In this document: piece after piece, positions 26,077 through 40,044 of the stretch
How the letters are laid out: each line of letters starts with the position of its first letter
Numbering within the stretch: the first letter of the stretch is position 1
NCBI RefSeq assembly: GCF_964204645.1
Contig: NC_134031.1
Location: forward strand, 10,292,001-10,356,000
Source: Tubulanus polymorphus
Taxonomy: Eukaryota > Animalia > Nemertea
DNA length: 64,000 nucleotides
Reading direction: 5' to 3'
Position numbers and translations under genes: made by a program
The notes under the pieces: generated by a model
What the model saw: only the letters and a program-made list of their open reading frames with translations
Databases searched by the model: none
What the model was told of the DNA's origin: nothing

Positions 26077-26762
26077 CAGGGATGAGAACGCCGACCTGTA
26101 AAATCCGCGGGTTATTTTTCTTGAATGACATACGCGAAGCTATTTGGGGGGGGTTTGGGGGCCCTCCCCCAAGAAAATTTTAGAAATTAAATACGTTTTC
26201 CGAGCACTTAGAGCGATCTCGAACCCATGAACGACTATTATATTTTGGAAGGTAATGGCTAGTTCCAATGTGGTACATCCTCATTTGGTGACATTCAGCA
26301 TCTCATGCATTACGGGTCGAGCCCTGAATTATTGCAGTAAAAATGCGCCGATGAATGCTCACTAAAAATCATCACCAAGTAGTGTATAATATCCGAAAGC
26401 GTTCGCCACACACACGCAGCAACAGTAAGTAGACCTATATACGTTACTACTGTTGCTGTGCGTGCGTGTCTGCAACCGATCGATAAAATACATACAAACT
26501 CATCGTAGTACAAATGTACATACAAAATCACTGTGTTGCAATGAATATGCATTGAGATGCGATACTTTTACGTGACGATAAGTAAAACAGGCACTGAACG
26601 CTTTTACGGTTCACCTGATTACCGATCGCGCCGGACCAATTGAGTGAGATCATCACCCCCCCCCCATACTTTTACATCATTTTTGGACTATTTGGAAAAT
26701 TGATATTTTTCAATACTGAAATCCGCGGGAAACCGCGGATCCGCGGGGAATTCTCATCTCTG
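26077..26762. mobile_element. MITE, CAGGGATGAGAA TIRs, 6-bp TSD GTATTT
   Basis: gtattt|cagggatgagaa...ttctcatctctg|gtattt; related copies at 6425 and 51193-52305. Confidence 0.85.
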
Positions 26763-27171
26763 GTATTTGTCCAATGTCCTTGTTGAGGGGTTATAGACAG
26801 TGGCCCACCATGCTATGGCACTTCACCGCCATGCGAATGAAATACGCCATCTTAAACAATTTTGCAATAAAAAAAAATGATCAGTTTATTTACTTATCAA
26901 GAGGAAAAACAACAGCAGAGATAAAGTTGGGTGGAACTAAAAAAGGAGACAATGAAGCACAGGTATTAACAAAAATTAGACACCAGCCCAAAATTTGTCA
27001 AAAGAAATGTCAAAAGAAGAGAAAAGAGAATATTTGAGAATCAAAAAGTAGACTCAAGAAAAAATCAATCACATCAGAAAAATAAGTGTGAGAAAGAAAA
27101 GGACAGAGAATGAAAAAGATCCGCAACACAAAATTCCCCAAATAATGATTCAAAATCAAGAACTTTAGAAT

Positions 27172-27880
27172 GAAACTAGAAAACTTCATACATGTGGTCG
27201 GTTCTCCAGCCCCGGTAGGTTTGAATGACAAAGATCATTTTTCATTGACTGGCTGTGTTTATAAGCAACAGTACTAACAGAGACACTGGGGCTGGCACGA
27301 ACGAATACCTCAGATCAATCTTTACTGATCGTCTAATGAATACATTTGAACGTAGAATAAAATAAAATGGAATTCGATGAATTGGAATTTTTTGCTCAAT
27401 AAAGTAAAATTTTATTGAATTTGCAATTCGTGCACATGGCTAATTTGCCTATCAAGGTCATCTATCCGATTTGAGAAAAAGCAATTTTTCCCAAACAATT
27501 GTCAAGGATTCAGATGTGCAAACTTCCTCTCAAAAACCAAATTGACTAATGGTCACAGGAATTGGTCTTGAAATACAATTTTGAATCTTAAAATAAAACC
27601 CGCAAATAAAACAGCCGTTGATACCGCGGAATCAACTGAACACCTGATGATTTCAGCGGCTAAGCCAATCATAGAGAAGACAATGCTTTCTGAATGACGT
27701 TTTAAACTGACAGCTTTGCGTTCAGATTTTCGAGAAAAACCTGATGTTAATTTTAACGAGGCCCTTTCTCAAAATTCGGCACGCTTGAATGCACGATTTG
27801 TATCATGAATATATGCCCAGGTTGCACAGTGAAAAAGATTTTCATCTGGAAACCATCTGGTCAATTTAATTCGCTCCATT
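27172..27880 (+). repeat. Unclassified ~700-bp interspersed repeat (paralog 58789-59455)
   Basis: Colinear similarity from aaactagaaaact to catctggtcaatttaattcg. Confidence 0.8.
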
Positions 27881-29396
27881 TGTATAGAAATAGGCTCAGT
27901 GTACGGCTGGCCTAAAAATCAAAATCACTTCCCGATGATGTTATTAGGGTTTCTGCTGCTTTCGCAGAAACCCTATTGTAATTCTGCTGATTATAATTAT
28001 TATTACTATTATTATTATTAGGGTTTTTCTGACTTTCGTCGAAAACCCTCCTGTAATTCTGTTGATTATTATCATTATTAAAAACATATCTTCCACTTTT
28101 TTTCATCACATAAAATTCATCTTCTCTTGGATTCGACAACTAACAGCTACTTAACAGAATGTAGAATTCTGATAGAAATATAACAGACTTTCCCTCCGCG
28201 TAGATTCTATCAATGCACTCTGCACTCTATTTTAAACTTAAAATTACTTTCCAGACAGCTAACACCGGCGGAAATATACTACGCCTGTGATCGGCTACCG
28301 GTATGTCCCTTCAGGTGTTCCGTACTTCTGCATACGGTATACCTGAATGTGCCGATGAAACGATAATACATCCAAGGAATGCTCCGATATCGGGTCCAAG
28401 TTCAACAGTTTACGAGGCCGGTGTTCACGAGTCCGACAGGTTTACAGGCATTTGGTTGTTGTAACCTCTTTTATATTATTGATTTCCTGTTATTCTGGTT
28501 ATTTTATTTAACTATATTGCTGATCTGTTCATGTAAACAAAATCGCCAATAAATACATTTTGAATTGATCAAGTTTAAATCAAGGTCGTTGAGTCGAGGG
28601 TGGCTACTAGAATTATGTTCGACTACATTCAGAGAGAGAAGAAACAACAGAAAAGTATCAGGTGATTATCGATAGCCAACTACTACGGAACACACAGACA
28701 GTTGACAAACAGTGTTAGGCCTGTGTTGGTTGGTGCGCACTGGGACTAAAACATACTGGTTGGTCAGAGTTGGTTCGGTTGTGAGAAGTGTGGAAACTAA
28801 GAAACCTACCGGTATTAATTTGTCTATAGGCCTATTATAGTAGCCAATACCATTTTAAGTACGAAGACGTTACCCATACCGTACTCGATTGTACAGTGAT
28901 CTCCACAGGTTAGCCGTACGTGAATTCCCTCTGCCCATGCTTCAATAATCTACGTGTACACGCATGCATCAAAGAATAGGGATAGGGTAGGGTTAGGTAA
29001 AGATAAATGTAAATTAATTTATAAACCCTGCAGTTGAGAAATGTGGCTCAGTGGGTAAATCACTGGACTACCGTCGGATTTATTTTCACTTGGTTTCGAA
29101 TCCCAATATTACGAGTCAGAATTCTACTGCATTGCGCATGCGTTAACATACTTATATAGGCTAATCTGTGAAAATTACTGTACATTCATGTAGGGGTAAC
29201 AACATCATTTTAGGTATTGAGTGAGCTACCTACCATGTACTACAAACACAACTTTTTCGCTCTCGTTGGCCCTACACTGATGTTACTATACTGGTGTCAT
29301 TATAACATGGATAGGATTGGGTCAGGAGTAGCCTAAAATCTAATTCAGTATATTCACTTTTCACTCGATATTATTAAAACAATGCAGTATGCCTAA

Positions 29397-29802
29397 AGGT
29401 AGGGGCACGTGTATTTTTTCAACCGATCGCCCAAAAAATTCGCTCGTGTGGCCACTCACGGTGATGACGATTTCGTCGGCTGACTCGATCGCCCGTATCA
29501 TACATGTTTAATATTTTCGCCCGATTATTTACGCCGGCGATCGGATCGCCCGCAAATTCGCTCATCTGCCCACACTCAGCGAATTCCGACGAGCGATCCA
29601 TTTTTCATTTTTATCAACCAATAGGATGCATTGTTGATATCATGTGAGTTGTTAACTCTCTTCCACTAAGTACCGGTCGCTGACCGAATTTCGGTTTCAT
29701 CACTACGTGTGCCCACTCTAATCGGGCATATAAATTCGGCGGCGAATTCACTGGCGAATCGTCGCGATCGAGCGAAAGAATACGCTTGTGTGTCCCCTAC
29801 CT
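29397..29802. mobile_element. PIF/Harbinger-type MITE, TSD TAA
   Basis: TAA|aggtaggggcac...gtgtcccctacct|TAA; absent at the paralogous site near 18845. Confidence 0.8.
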
Positions 29803-30609
29803 TAAAGTATTCGCACAGAGAAAGGCTAATTGAGCCATGTGATTAAATTTTGCTCAAGCCTTGTCTGCTGACCTGACATTTAAAGTCAAACCTAGATCCA
29901 AAACGTTCATGTGATCAAGGCTTGTATACAAGAAAAGGCCTGTACATTTTGCTGTACGTAGGTTTGGTATACCTATTTCTCCAATCTCGACAGATGAGTG
30001 TAGGGTACAGCTGAACGCATTATACCAATGGGAATAGGGCCTATTGATTGGGCTTATTATTTCCTGCTTTACAATATTGAAATAAGCCAATGTTCATTCA
30101 AATATCCAACATCGGTGAAAGTTTGAATACTGTATACATGTATATAGGTTTTCATGGTCTAAAGATAAATGGTCAAGGGCAGTCAGTCAACACCAACTCT
30201 CTTCGACCGATGTTGCATCACACCATACGGTCTGAATCTTTCAACTCAAGCAAAGCGATTAACACGATCGACATAACACTGGAATAGTTTGCAGTGGCTA
30301 ACAGTTTATTCACTAGTGGAATAGGTTTGATATTTACGCACGTGTTGCAAGGTTTAAATTGTTTATCAGTATAGAATAAGTAATCCATAAAAGCCAAAAT
30401 CAACATCGGCCGAATACCCAGCCCAAAGCAATTCATAATCAATCGAGTGAATCTACAATACAATATATGTATTTATTCAAAAATTTCAATAAAAAGATTG
30501 ATTCCTTGAAATCTATTCTAAATCCCAATACGTTACTATATCAGTAAATGTATTCAACACCTATTGACTCAGCCAATTCTTAAGATGAGTTTCTTAATAG
30601 AACAGATCC

Positions 30610-31867
30610 ATTTTTAGCCCACTTGGGACTTTAGTCCCAGCGGGCAATTGCGTTAATTTTTCGTCCATCCGTTCGTCCGTCCGTAGACGTAATCCAGTTA
30701 TTTCGGGAAGTTTTGAAGACACTTCAATGTAATGTCCTGATATTTGGGTTACACATGTATCTACTCTAGACAAATCTTCAGCCCAAAAACGGGCCCTGTC
30801 AGAATCAAGATGGCCGACTGGCAGCCAATGTTGTTTGCCAAAATCAGCACTTTTTATACATTTTGAGGGAAATTTTGAAGACGCTTTGATCAATTACCTT
30901 GATCTTTCCGATGTATGTGAATCCCCCTAGGGCCCATCAGCCTAACAAAAATTGGGTCGATCGGACTCAAGATGACCGTCCTATGACTTTTTTTAGTGAA
31001 CAAAAATGTCAATTTTGGCCCGAATTCTGAGTCCTGTAGCTCCCTACTGGTTTGCCAATTCTCATTGCAATTTGTGATGGGTATTCTTTGAAAAGGGATG
31101 TTTTATACCTGAGGCAGGTATTTCTGATCAGCCAATTATGACGCAATAAGCGGCCATCTTGGTGTCATCAGTACTCATTCATAGGTGGGAAAAAGTTTTT
31201 CCACATTATATTGATACCTAAGCGTATTTTGTTTGCCACAATCAATTAGAAACTTGTTGCACATAACGTGTTCTATGATTGTGGTCAGTTTCAAGGTCAT
31301 TGGTTTTGTATATGGCCACCAGGGGGCGTTGAATAATACAATATCTTAGTATTTCTATATTATATTCGTATTAATGCATATTTTGTAACCACAATCAATT
31401 GCAAAGTTGTATCTCATTACATCATCTATGATTGTGGCAAGTTTTAAGGCCATTAGTTACTATATATGGTCATCAGGGGGCGTTGAATAGTAGAATTACT
31501 TAGTATTTCCTTATTATATTGGTACCTAGGCATATTTTGTTACCATGATCAATTACAAAGTTATAGTTCGCGACATGTTCTAAGATTGTGGTGAGTTTCA
31601 AGGTCATTTGGTACTGAATATGGTCACCAGGGGCGTTGAATAGTAGAATAACTTAGAATTTCCATATCAAATTGGTAACGAGGCATATTTTGTTATCACA
31701 ATCAATTACAAAATCGTAGCTGCTGACATGTTCTATGATTGTGGTGAGTTTCAAGGTCATTGGTTTTTGTATATGGTCACCAGGGGGCATTGAATATTGA
31801 AATTGTTAGATTGTTGAGCATTTGGAACCACTTTCCAAGTGGGCATGGTGTCCCTGGACGCCTAGTT
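30610..31867 (+). mobile_element. HINE-like family 2, full-length copy with ~4 x 154-bp tandem units
   Basis: Head, (GTCC)-like microsatellite, unit motif AGGGGGCGTTGAATA at 31321/31476/31629/31782, tail; inserted in a T-run (empty site gatccatttttaag at 20571). Confidence 0.9.
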
Positions 31868-32130
31868 TAAGCGTAGTGATACAAAATAAATGCTTGGTCT
31901 AATCAAATAATATTTATTGATTTTGCGTCCATGTAAGTTCGGTTTCAAAGCTGAATCACATTGGACGTTTACACAGTGGTTGTATATTAGGTTCAAATCT
32001 GTCAATACATTATATTTCATGTACCGGCATTTAAATGTTCAATAATTCCTACCAACCTGAATGGCATGGTGCGGATTTGCAGAAAACCCGTTATCGCTGC
32101 TTTGCAGCTATATTTAGGGTTTCTGCTGTC

Positions 32131-34181
32131 TTATTAGGGCTTCTGCTGCCTTCGCAGAAACCCTTTTGTATTCCTGCTGCTCATTATTATTATTATTATT
32201 AGGGTTTCTGCTGCCTTCGCTGCGGGTTTCAAGGAGTAAGTTTAACAATATCTATTTTTCTTTACCAAATTAACCATGTATTTACTACGATAAATCTTTA
32301 GTGTACCGGGGAGTCGTAGGCCTAAACTAAACACGCCGAAGAGATATAGCAGAGAAAAGCTGTTATGTCGACGAGGTATCAAAATAAAAGAATGTATTAC
32401 TTTATTCGACCGCGGGCTTTAACCTCTATATCAATACCATCAATACTCTATATTTCCTACAGTACATACCGATCATTGTCAAATGCACAAGGTTTTTACT
32501 AAATACAAGTATATAACACACTCCTATCCGTATGCTGGACTCACACTTGACATTTGGAGTAAGCGTTCGCTGTGGGGGAAAGGAGATCGTTCGCTGTGTC
32601 GCTTGAAGTGTTTATCGAGTTTTACGCGACCTTAAGGCTTAAGGCCTACCGGTACTGACCTTTACTCTCTCAAACAAACACAGTATAAATGTTGCGGTTA
32701 TTAACGGACACATTGGACTGAACTTCAAAACAAAATTTACGATCTTTAGGAGGGTTTTTATTCAATAGGCCTACGACAAATCTGTCCGGATGTTAGGCCT
32801 ACGCATATACATAGGCCTACATAGGCTAGTAGCCTCTACTAGGTTAAAGCTAAATTCACTGTAAAGGAGGAATCAGATTTATTAAAATGCATGTTAATTA
32901 GTGATTAACTGGTTCTGACTTGCAACGATCAATCACAATTATCTATTTTATTGGCAAAAATGGAGATTTTTTTGAAAATTTCATCTGAGCAGACAGCTTT
33001 ATAAGCCAGACTTTTCATTTGAGTTTTTTCATCATAAATGAAACTGGAATTTCATTAAATCCTAATGAGTTAAGGCGGGGGTTGGCTTTGCGACGGCTTG
33101 TGACTCACTGCGACGCCATTCACTGCGACCGCCAGCGACCATTGTGTCACAATTACTCGCAGAACCTGGAGACTGGCAGAAACTAGTTGCACACAATCGT
33201 ATCGCAACCGACTTGCACCGAAACTTGCGATGCAACGCGAGGATCGCATCGCGTCACAAGGCCGACCTACGTCAGGCTTTAAGTTACTGCGGAGCCCCAG
33301 AAATATCTTTTTTTCGTTCAAAAGACCTTTCGCTTGAAAATTCTTTCGTCGGAACAAAATTTATTTCGTTCCAACCAATAATATTCTTTTCGATTGAACC
33401 AATTTGAAAAATCGTTAGAACAAAGTTGAACAAACTTTTTTTTTCCAAGCGAAAGGTTTTTCGTTCGAACAGAATCGTTTTAATTTGAACAGAATTTTCT
33501 TGTCAGAACATTAAGTTTTTGATTCGAACAAGTATATTGTAAAAAGTTTTTTCTCCGAACAAAAAGTATTAAGTATTTCGTTCAATCGAACAGAATTGTT
33601 TTCATTCAAACATTCGTTAGAAAAAATTGTTTTCGCTCAACCAAATTTTTTTGCCGGGACAAAAAGTTTTTCATTTCAACAATAACATAGCTTTTCATTC
33701 GAACACATTTTTTTGTCAGAATGAAGAAAGTTTTGGTTCAAACAAAAAGCGTATTGTTCAACTAAGCTGAATTGTTTTCACTCGAACAAGATTTTCTTGT
33801 CGGAACATTAAGTTTTTTGTTCGATCAGCGTGTTAAGTTAGTTTTGGAAATTTACTCGGTCTGGTATATCTTGGATTACTGTGTATATCATTTGTCAGGA
33901 CATTAAACAGAAGACGACTTAGGATACTACCTTGCGCGACTCCACTAGTTAGACCAACTTATTCCAAGATGAGGCGTTCCGTTGATTTCGGCTACAAGTT
34001 TTCGTTCAGAGATAACTGCTGAGCCATTTGGGCGACCTATCATTGATACTGTTTCCTAATAGCCCGTTTAGTTAGTAATGGCTGATGTTGTGCCTTATCA
34101 AATGCTTTGTCGAAATCTACCGTTGAACAGAATTCTAAGACTGTGCAGAAAACCCATTATCGCTGTTTTGCAGCTATATTT
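32131..34181 (+). mobile_element. Stacked Helentron heads plus 5'-deleted B-type copy
   Basis: Half head near 32116, head 32137, half head 32201 joined at GCTGC to sequence matching 39241 onward; tail 34145-34181. Confidence 0.75.
33074..33279. mobile_element. Degenerate MITE in TTAA/TAA site
   Basis: Absent from the paralog (gaattaagttactg at 48730); imperfect inverted ends ggttggctttgcgacg / cgtcacaaggccgacc. Confidence 0.6.
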
Positions 34182-34196
34182 ATTATCATCATTATT

Positions 34197-36667
34197 ATTA
34201 GGGTTTCTGCAGCTTTCGCAGAAACCCTATTGTAATTCTGTTGATTATTATTATTATTATTATTATATTCTTTTTCACACTGGATCGTACTGAAAGGATA
34301 TAAACAACTGCAATTTACTTTCACTGTCTGTGAAACCATTCACAAGTACCGTAAAAACCGGCATATAAGTCGAGTTTTTAACCCTTGATTTTACCACTAA
34401 ATTATTGACCTCGACTTATACGGCGAGTACAGTTTTCTACGAAGTATTTTCAGGTCACAAGAAATATTGATTTTACCAGACAAAAAAGACAGTGTCCATC
34501 TTCTTACTGCTATAACAGTTTGAATAATTATTCATGATAAATAAAGTTATTTAATGAAAAAAACTTCTTTCATTTTGACACAGCTTCATTTAAAACGATG
34601 TATTCATATATGCGCGCTCATAGCAGCGCTTAATACATTAGGCTATATATAGCGTGTGACTCACACTACTGTATAACTGTATGGTAGTGTATTATACCTG
34701 AGTGTGTGTGTAACAGTCTATTGATTAACACACAGCAGCAATCAGGCTGACGCGTGGCGGCGTGCGTGAAGGCACACATCGTTATCAAAACAAACTATTC
34801 AATACAATGATACTAGTAATTATTCTTCTAAGAGAAGGGACTCGACTTATAAGCCGGATATATGTTAAAATCATGAAATGTAGGTCTAAAAATCGACCTC
34901 GACTTATACGCCGCGTAGACTTATACGCCGGTTTTTACGGTACTACGCTGCATTGACAAATACTGTATATGATATTAATTAGAATTGCACTGTTTACTCA
35001 CTGTGAGCCTCTAAACATCAATATTTAAGCACGATTCAAACAGTATCCATATACATATATGTATTGTATACGTGTCTTATTCCCACAGCGCCTCCTAAGT
35101 ACGTGTGTTTGTGTGTCTACCCTAAAATGCATTGATAGAACTGTGTTGTTCTAGATCTGTAGTAAAGACGTAAGCAGTAGTGATATTTTTATCTGTTCTA
35201 CAAGTCGAGTGTTTTGCCGTTGAATTAGGACATTGCTCGACTGAACGCCACTGAGGAATTTTTAATAGACTTGTTTGTGTTTGTGCCGTATACAAGTTAG
35301 ATAGCATATATAGCTTCGAATTCGGCAACACTAGTTAGTGAGCATCATATATAGCTTTAATATTTCAAATTCGGCTAGTAACAAGAATATTGCTCAACGG
35401 ATTTACTTGAAACTTACGTGAGATGTACGGAACACAGGTACCATGAGGTAAGTCTCAGGGATCTTTGATTGGAGCCCCCGTTCATCCACCAGGGGGTGTT
35501 TTACTTTTAAAAATTCTGACATCGAAAAGTTACTGTGTGAGAAAATTTTTTGTCTTTGACTTTTCAGCGTCGGGCGAGCACGAAAGTTGTTCATGACAGC
35601 CCGGAGGCTAAAAAAGTCAATTGCACGCCCCATCTGCGATTAACCGTTGGGCTCTATGGGCTCGAAAATGGGACCCCAAATTTTTCAATGAGATTTTTGC
35701 TCCTAGCTCCTTAACCGTTGGAGATAGAATAGTGGTTGCAACGAGTGATCAGTAGCCCTTGACAAGACGCTTGTATTGATGTATGGTATAACTATGTCAC
35801 TCATATGGTTCTCCAGTAGCGCCACCTATAAGACGCTGGAAAACACATTTTCATCTATATCGACTAAGGGTATCAATGGGTTTCTATAAAAATTGTTACA
35901 CATGTACCTGGTTACTAAATGCAAAGAACCCCACACATAATTAGTTCCTATTTTAACCACTAGGGGGCTTAAATTTTGAAAACTCATTTCAGCATCAATT
36001 TTTCACATGTAATGCGGTCTGATTATTATGAAAATCACAAAACTTGGTATAAGTACATAGAAATGTGTAATATGCCAAGCTGCATGATTAGTTCATACAA
36101 CTACCACCAGGGGACTGTGAAAACAATGATTTCTGCTCCTAGGTTCTTAACAGTTGCCAATAGAATCGTTGTTGGAATGTGTGGTTAGTAGCCCTTTACA
36201 TGGCACTTGTATTGATATATGGATTAAGTAGGTAACTCATATGGTTCTCTAGGAGCGCCACCTACAAGTTGCTGGAAATGCATTTACATTGATAGCTACT
36301 AAGCGGATAAAGGGATTTCTATGAGAATTGATATACATGTACCTGGATATAAGATACAACGAATCCCTGACATAATAAGTTCCTATTCTAACCACTAGGG
36401 GCGTTAATGTTGAAAACTCATCCTAGCATCAGTTTTTTCGATTGTAATTCAATAGTATGCTAACCCGCAAATTACCGGCCACTTGGGCATGGTAAAAGTA
36501 CCGTATCTTCGTTATTCTCGGTGTCATTTCCCCTAACCTCGGTACATTAGACCTTTTCGTGCAGTAGCCCATGTGGATCAACATAGCCAAGTTATCAGCT
36601 GACCCCTAGGTGGCGCTCCTTATCCAGCAAGGCAGAAAACCGTTATCGCTGCTTTGCAGCTATATTT
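34197..36667 (+). mobile_element. Helentron-family A-type copy
   Basis: Head 34201-34227, tail 36631-36667; internal degenerate tandem units. Confidence 0.85.
34349..34940. mobile_element. Tc1/mariner-superfamily MITE, TA TSD
   Basis: TA|ccgtaaaaaccggc.tataagtc...gacttatacgccggtttttacgg|TA; empty site acaagTActacg at 15341 and 36760. Confidence 0.9.
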
Positions 36668-38590
36668 ATTATATTATATTCTTTTTCACACTGGATCTTA
36701 CTGAAAGGATATAAACAACTGCAACTTACTTTCACTGTCGGTGAAACCATTCTGTATCACAAGTACTACGCTGCATTGACAAATACTGTGTATAATATTA
36801 ATCAGAATGCCACCGTTTTCTCACTGTGAGCCTCTAAACATCGAAATTTAAGCCCAACTCAAACAGTATCCATCTACATATGTGTATTGCCTACGTGTCA
36901 TTCCCACAGCGCCTCCTAAATACGTGTGTTTGTGTGTGTGTCCTTATATCGATAAAGCTGTGTTGTTCTAGATCTGTAGTAAACACGTAAACAGTAGTGA
37001 TATCTTTATCTCTTCTTTCTACGAATCGATTGTTGAATTAGGACATTGCTCGACTGAACGCAACTGAGGAATTTTTATGGCCTAGTTTGTGCCGTATGTT
37101 AAAGAGCATCATATATTGCTTCGAATTCGTCAACACAAGTTAGAGCAACATATATAGGCTTTAATACTTCGAATTCTGCTAGTAACAAGAATATTGCTCA
37201 ACGGATTTACTTGAAACTTATGTGTGATGTACGGAACTCAGGTACCATGAGGTAAGTCTCAGGGATCTTTGATTGGAGCCCCCGTTCATCCACCAGGGGG
37301 TGTTTTACTTTTAAAAATTCTGACATCGAAAAGTTACTGTGTGAGAAAATTTTTTGTCTTTGACTTTTCAGCTTCGGGCGAGCACGAAAGTTGTTCATGA
37401 CAGCCCGGAGGCTAAAAAAGTCAATTGCACGCCCCATCTGCGATTAACCGTTGGGCTCTATGGGCTCGAAAATGGGACCCCAAATTTTTCAATGAGATTT
37501 TTGCTCCTAGCTCCTTAACCGTTGGAGATAGAATCGTGGTTGCAATGAGTGATCAGTAGCCCTTGACAAGACGCTTGTATTGATGTATGGTATAACTATG
37601 TAACTCATAATGTTCTCCAGTAGCGCCACCTATAAGACGCTGGAAAACGCATTTTCATCTATATCGACCAAGAGTATCAATGGATTTCTATAAAAATTCA
37701 TTCACATGTACCTGGTTACTAAATGCTACGAACCCCTCATATGATTAGTTCCTATTTTAACCACTAGGGGGCGTAGATTTCGAAAAATCGATCTCAGCAT
37801 CCATTTTTCGCATGTAATGCGGTATGTTTATTAATAAAATCACAAAACTTGGTATAATTTCAAATATATGTGTGTAATATGCCAACCTGCATGATTAGTT
37901 CATATAACTGCCACCAGGGGACTAAGAAAACTACGATTTTTGCTCCTATCTCCTTAACAGTTGGTGATAGAATCGTGGATGCGATGAGGTTAGTAGCCCT
38001 TTTCAAGATACTTGTATTCATGTATGGTTTAAGTAGGTAACTTATATGGTTCTCTAGGAGCGCCACCTTCATTTTGCTGGAAATACATTTTTATTCATAT
38101 CTACTAAGCGGATAAAGGCATTTCTATGAAAATTGATACACGTATACCTGGATATGAGATACAACCAACCCCTCACATAATAAGTTCCTATTCTACCCAT
38201 AAGGGGGCGTACATTTCGAAAACTCATTCAAACATCCGTTTCCTTACGTGTAATTCAGTCATTTTATGATAGACATAAACAAAAACCTGATGTGGGTACA
38301 TATACATAAGTATAGTACGCAAACCGCCAAAATTAGTTCATACAACTGCCACTAGGGAATGGTAAAAATACTGTATCTTCGTTATTCTCGATTTCCCCTA
38401 AACTTGGTACATAAGTACTTTGCGCGTAGAAGCCCTTGTGGGTCAACATATCCATGTCATAAGTTGACCCCTAGGTGGCGCTCCTTTCAAAAGGGGAACG
38501 TTGTGAACTGCTTTCAGTGAAATGTTTGCACGCACACTTGTACGACATTGTATCCAGCAAGGCAGAAACCCGTTATTGCAGCTATATCTA
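36668..38590 (+). mobile_element. Helentron-family A-type body whose head is displaced upstream by nested insertions
   Basis: Starts directly with the post-(TTA)n sequence tattctttttcacactggatc; tail 38561-38589. Confidence 0.8.
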
Positions 38591-40044
38591 TTATTAGGGT
38601 TATCTGTTTCTTCACAAAAAACCCTATTGAGATTCGCGTGATTATTATTAGGGTTTTCTGTTACATCACAGAAAACCCTATTGAGATTCGCGTGTCTCTT
38701 ATTATTATTATTATTATTTTTTTCCACACATTTTTTGTTAAAAGTACATAGGCTATTTTACATTACCGCTGTTGCCGATACAATCCGTCTGATATCATTC
38801 AGCTCACTTCGATCTACAAATACTCCGTGCGAATTTTGAAGAATCAACGTTACAAAAGCACTGTCGGGCCGTAAACATCGAAAATTGAGCCCCATTCAAA
38901 GAGCCGACATGTTTTTCTAAGTCGTCTTTCCGAAATCTACCGCACGTTTTGTTGTCACATCGATTATCAATTCAAGCATAAATTAACAAATTTATTAAAG
39001 ATTGCACATTCAGTCGCGGTTTTTAAAAACTAATTTTAACAGTAACCCTTTTTCCTCATCAAATTATATTACTGATACACAGGAAATTTACTACTTTAGA
39101 TTTTAAAAACGCTGTCGAGCCGTAAACATTGACAAATCGACGTGTGTCACTACATCATCATTACGGGGATCAGCTACGAGTTTCTCCTCATCCTAAGAAT
39201 CAAATCGAGTACAAATTAATTTATTACTACCAGTGATTTGGCTGCGAGCGTCAAGCAGTTAATTTAGCAATACTTATTTTTCTTTACCAAATTAACCGTG
39301 TATTTACTAAGATAAATCATAAGTGTACCGGGGAGTCGTAGGCCTAAAGTAAACACGCCGAAGAGATATAGCGGAGAAAAGCTGTTATGTCGACGAGGTA
39401 TCAAAATAAAAGAATATATTACTTTATTCGGCCGCGGGCTTCAACCTTTATATCAATACCATCAATACTCTACATTTCCTACAGTACATACCGATCATTG
39501 TCAAATGCACAAGGTATTAACTAAATACAAGTATATAACACAATCCTTCCCGTATGCTGGACTCACACTTGACATTCGGAGTAAGCGTTCGCTGTGGGGG
39601 AAAGGGATCGTTCGCTGTGTCGCTTGAAGTGTTTATCGAGTTTGACGCGGCTTTAGGCCTACCGGTACTGAACTTTACTGTCTCAAACAAACACAGTATA
39701 ATTGTTGCGTTTATTAACGGACTCATAGGATTGAACTTCAAAACAAAATTTACGATACTTAGGTTAGTTGTTATTCAATAGGCCTACAACCAATCTGTCC
39801 GGATGTTAGGCCTACGCATATACATAGGCCTACATAGGCTAGTAGCCTCTACTAGGTTAAGCGTTCGCTGTGGGGGGAAGGAGATCGTTCGCTGTGTCGC
39901 TTGAACTGTTTATCGAGTTTTACGCGACCTTAAGGCTTTAGTATGGTGGCTGATAAGGGCCATGCGTAAAAAAAACACGTATATGCAAATGAGGGCGACA
40001 TTATGACAAAACGACAAAACTAAAATAACACGACAAAACAATAA

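Larger units (their letters stand above)
27941..32115 (+). mobile_element. Helentron-family copy (two stacked heads at 27947 and 28021; C-type 5' end)
   Basis: Heads followed by (TTA)n; tail 32079-32115; 28413-32115 is homologous to 17398-20842. Confidence 0.8.
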
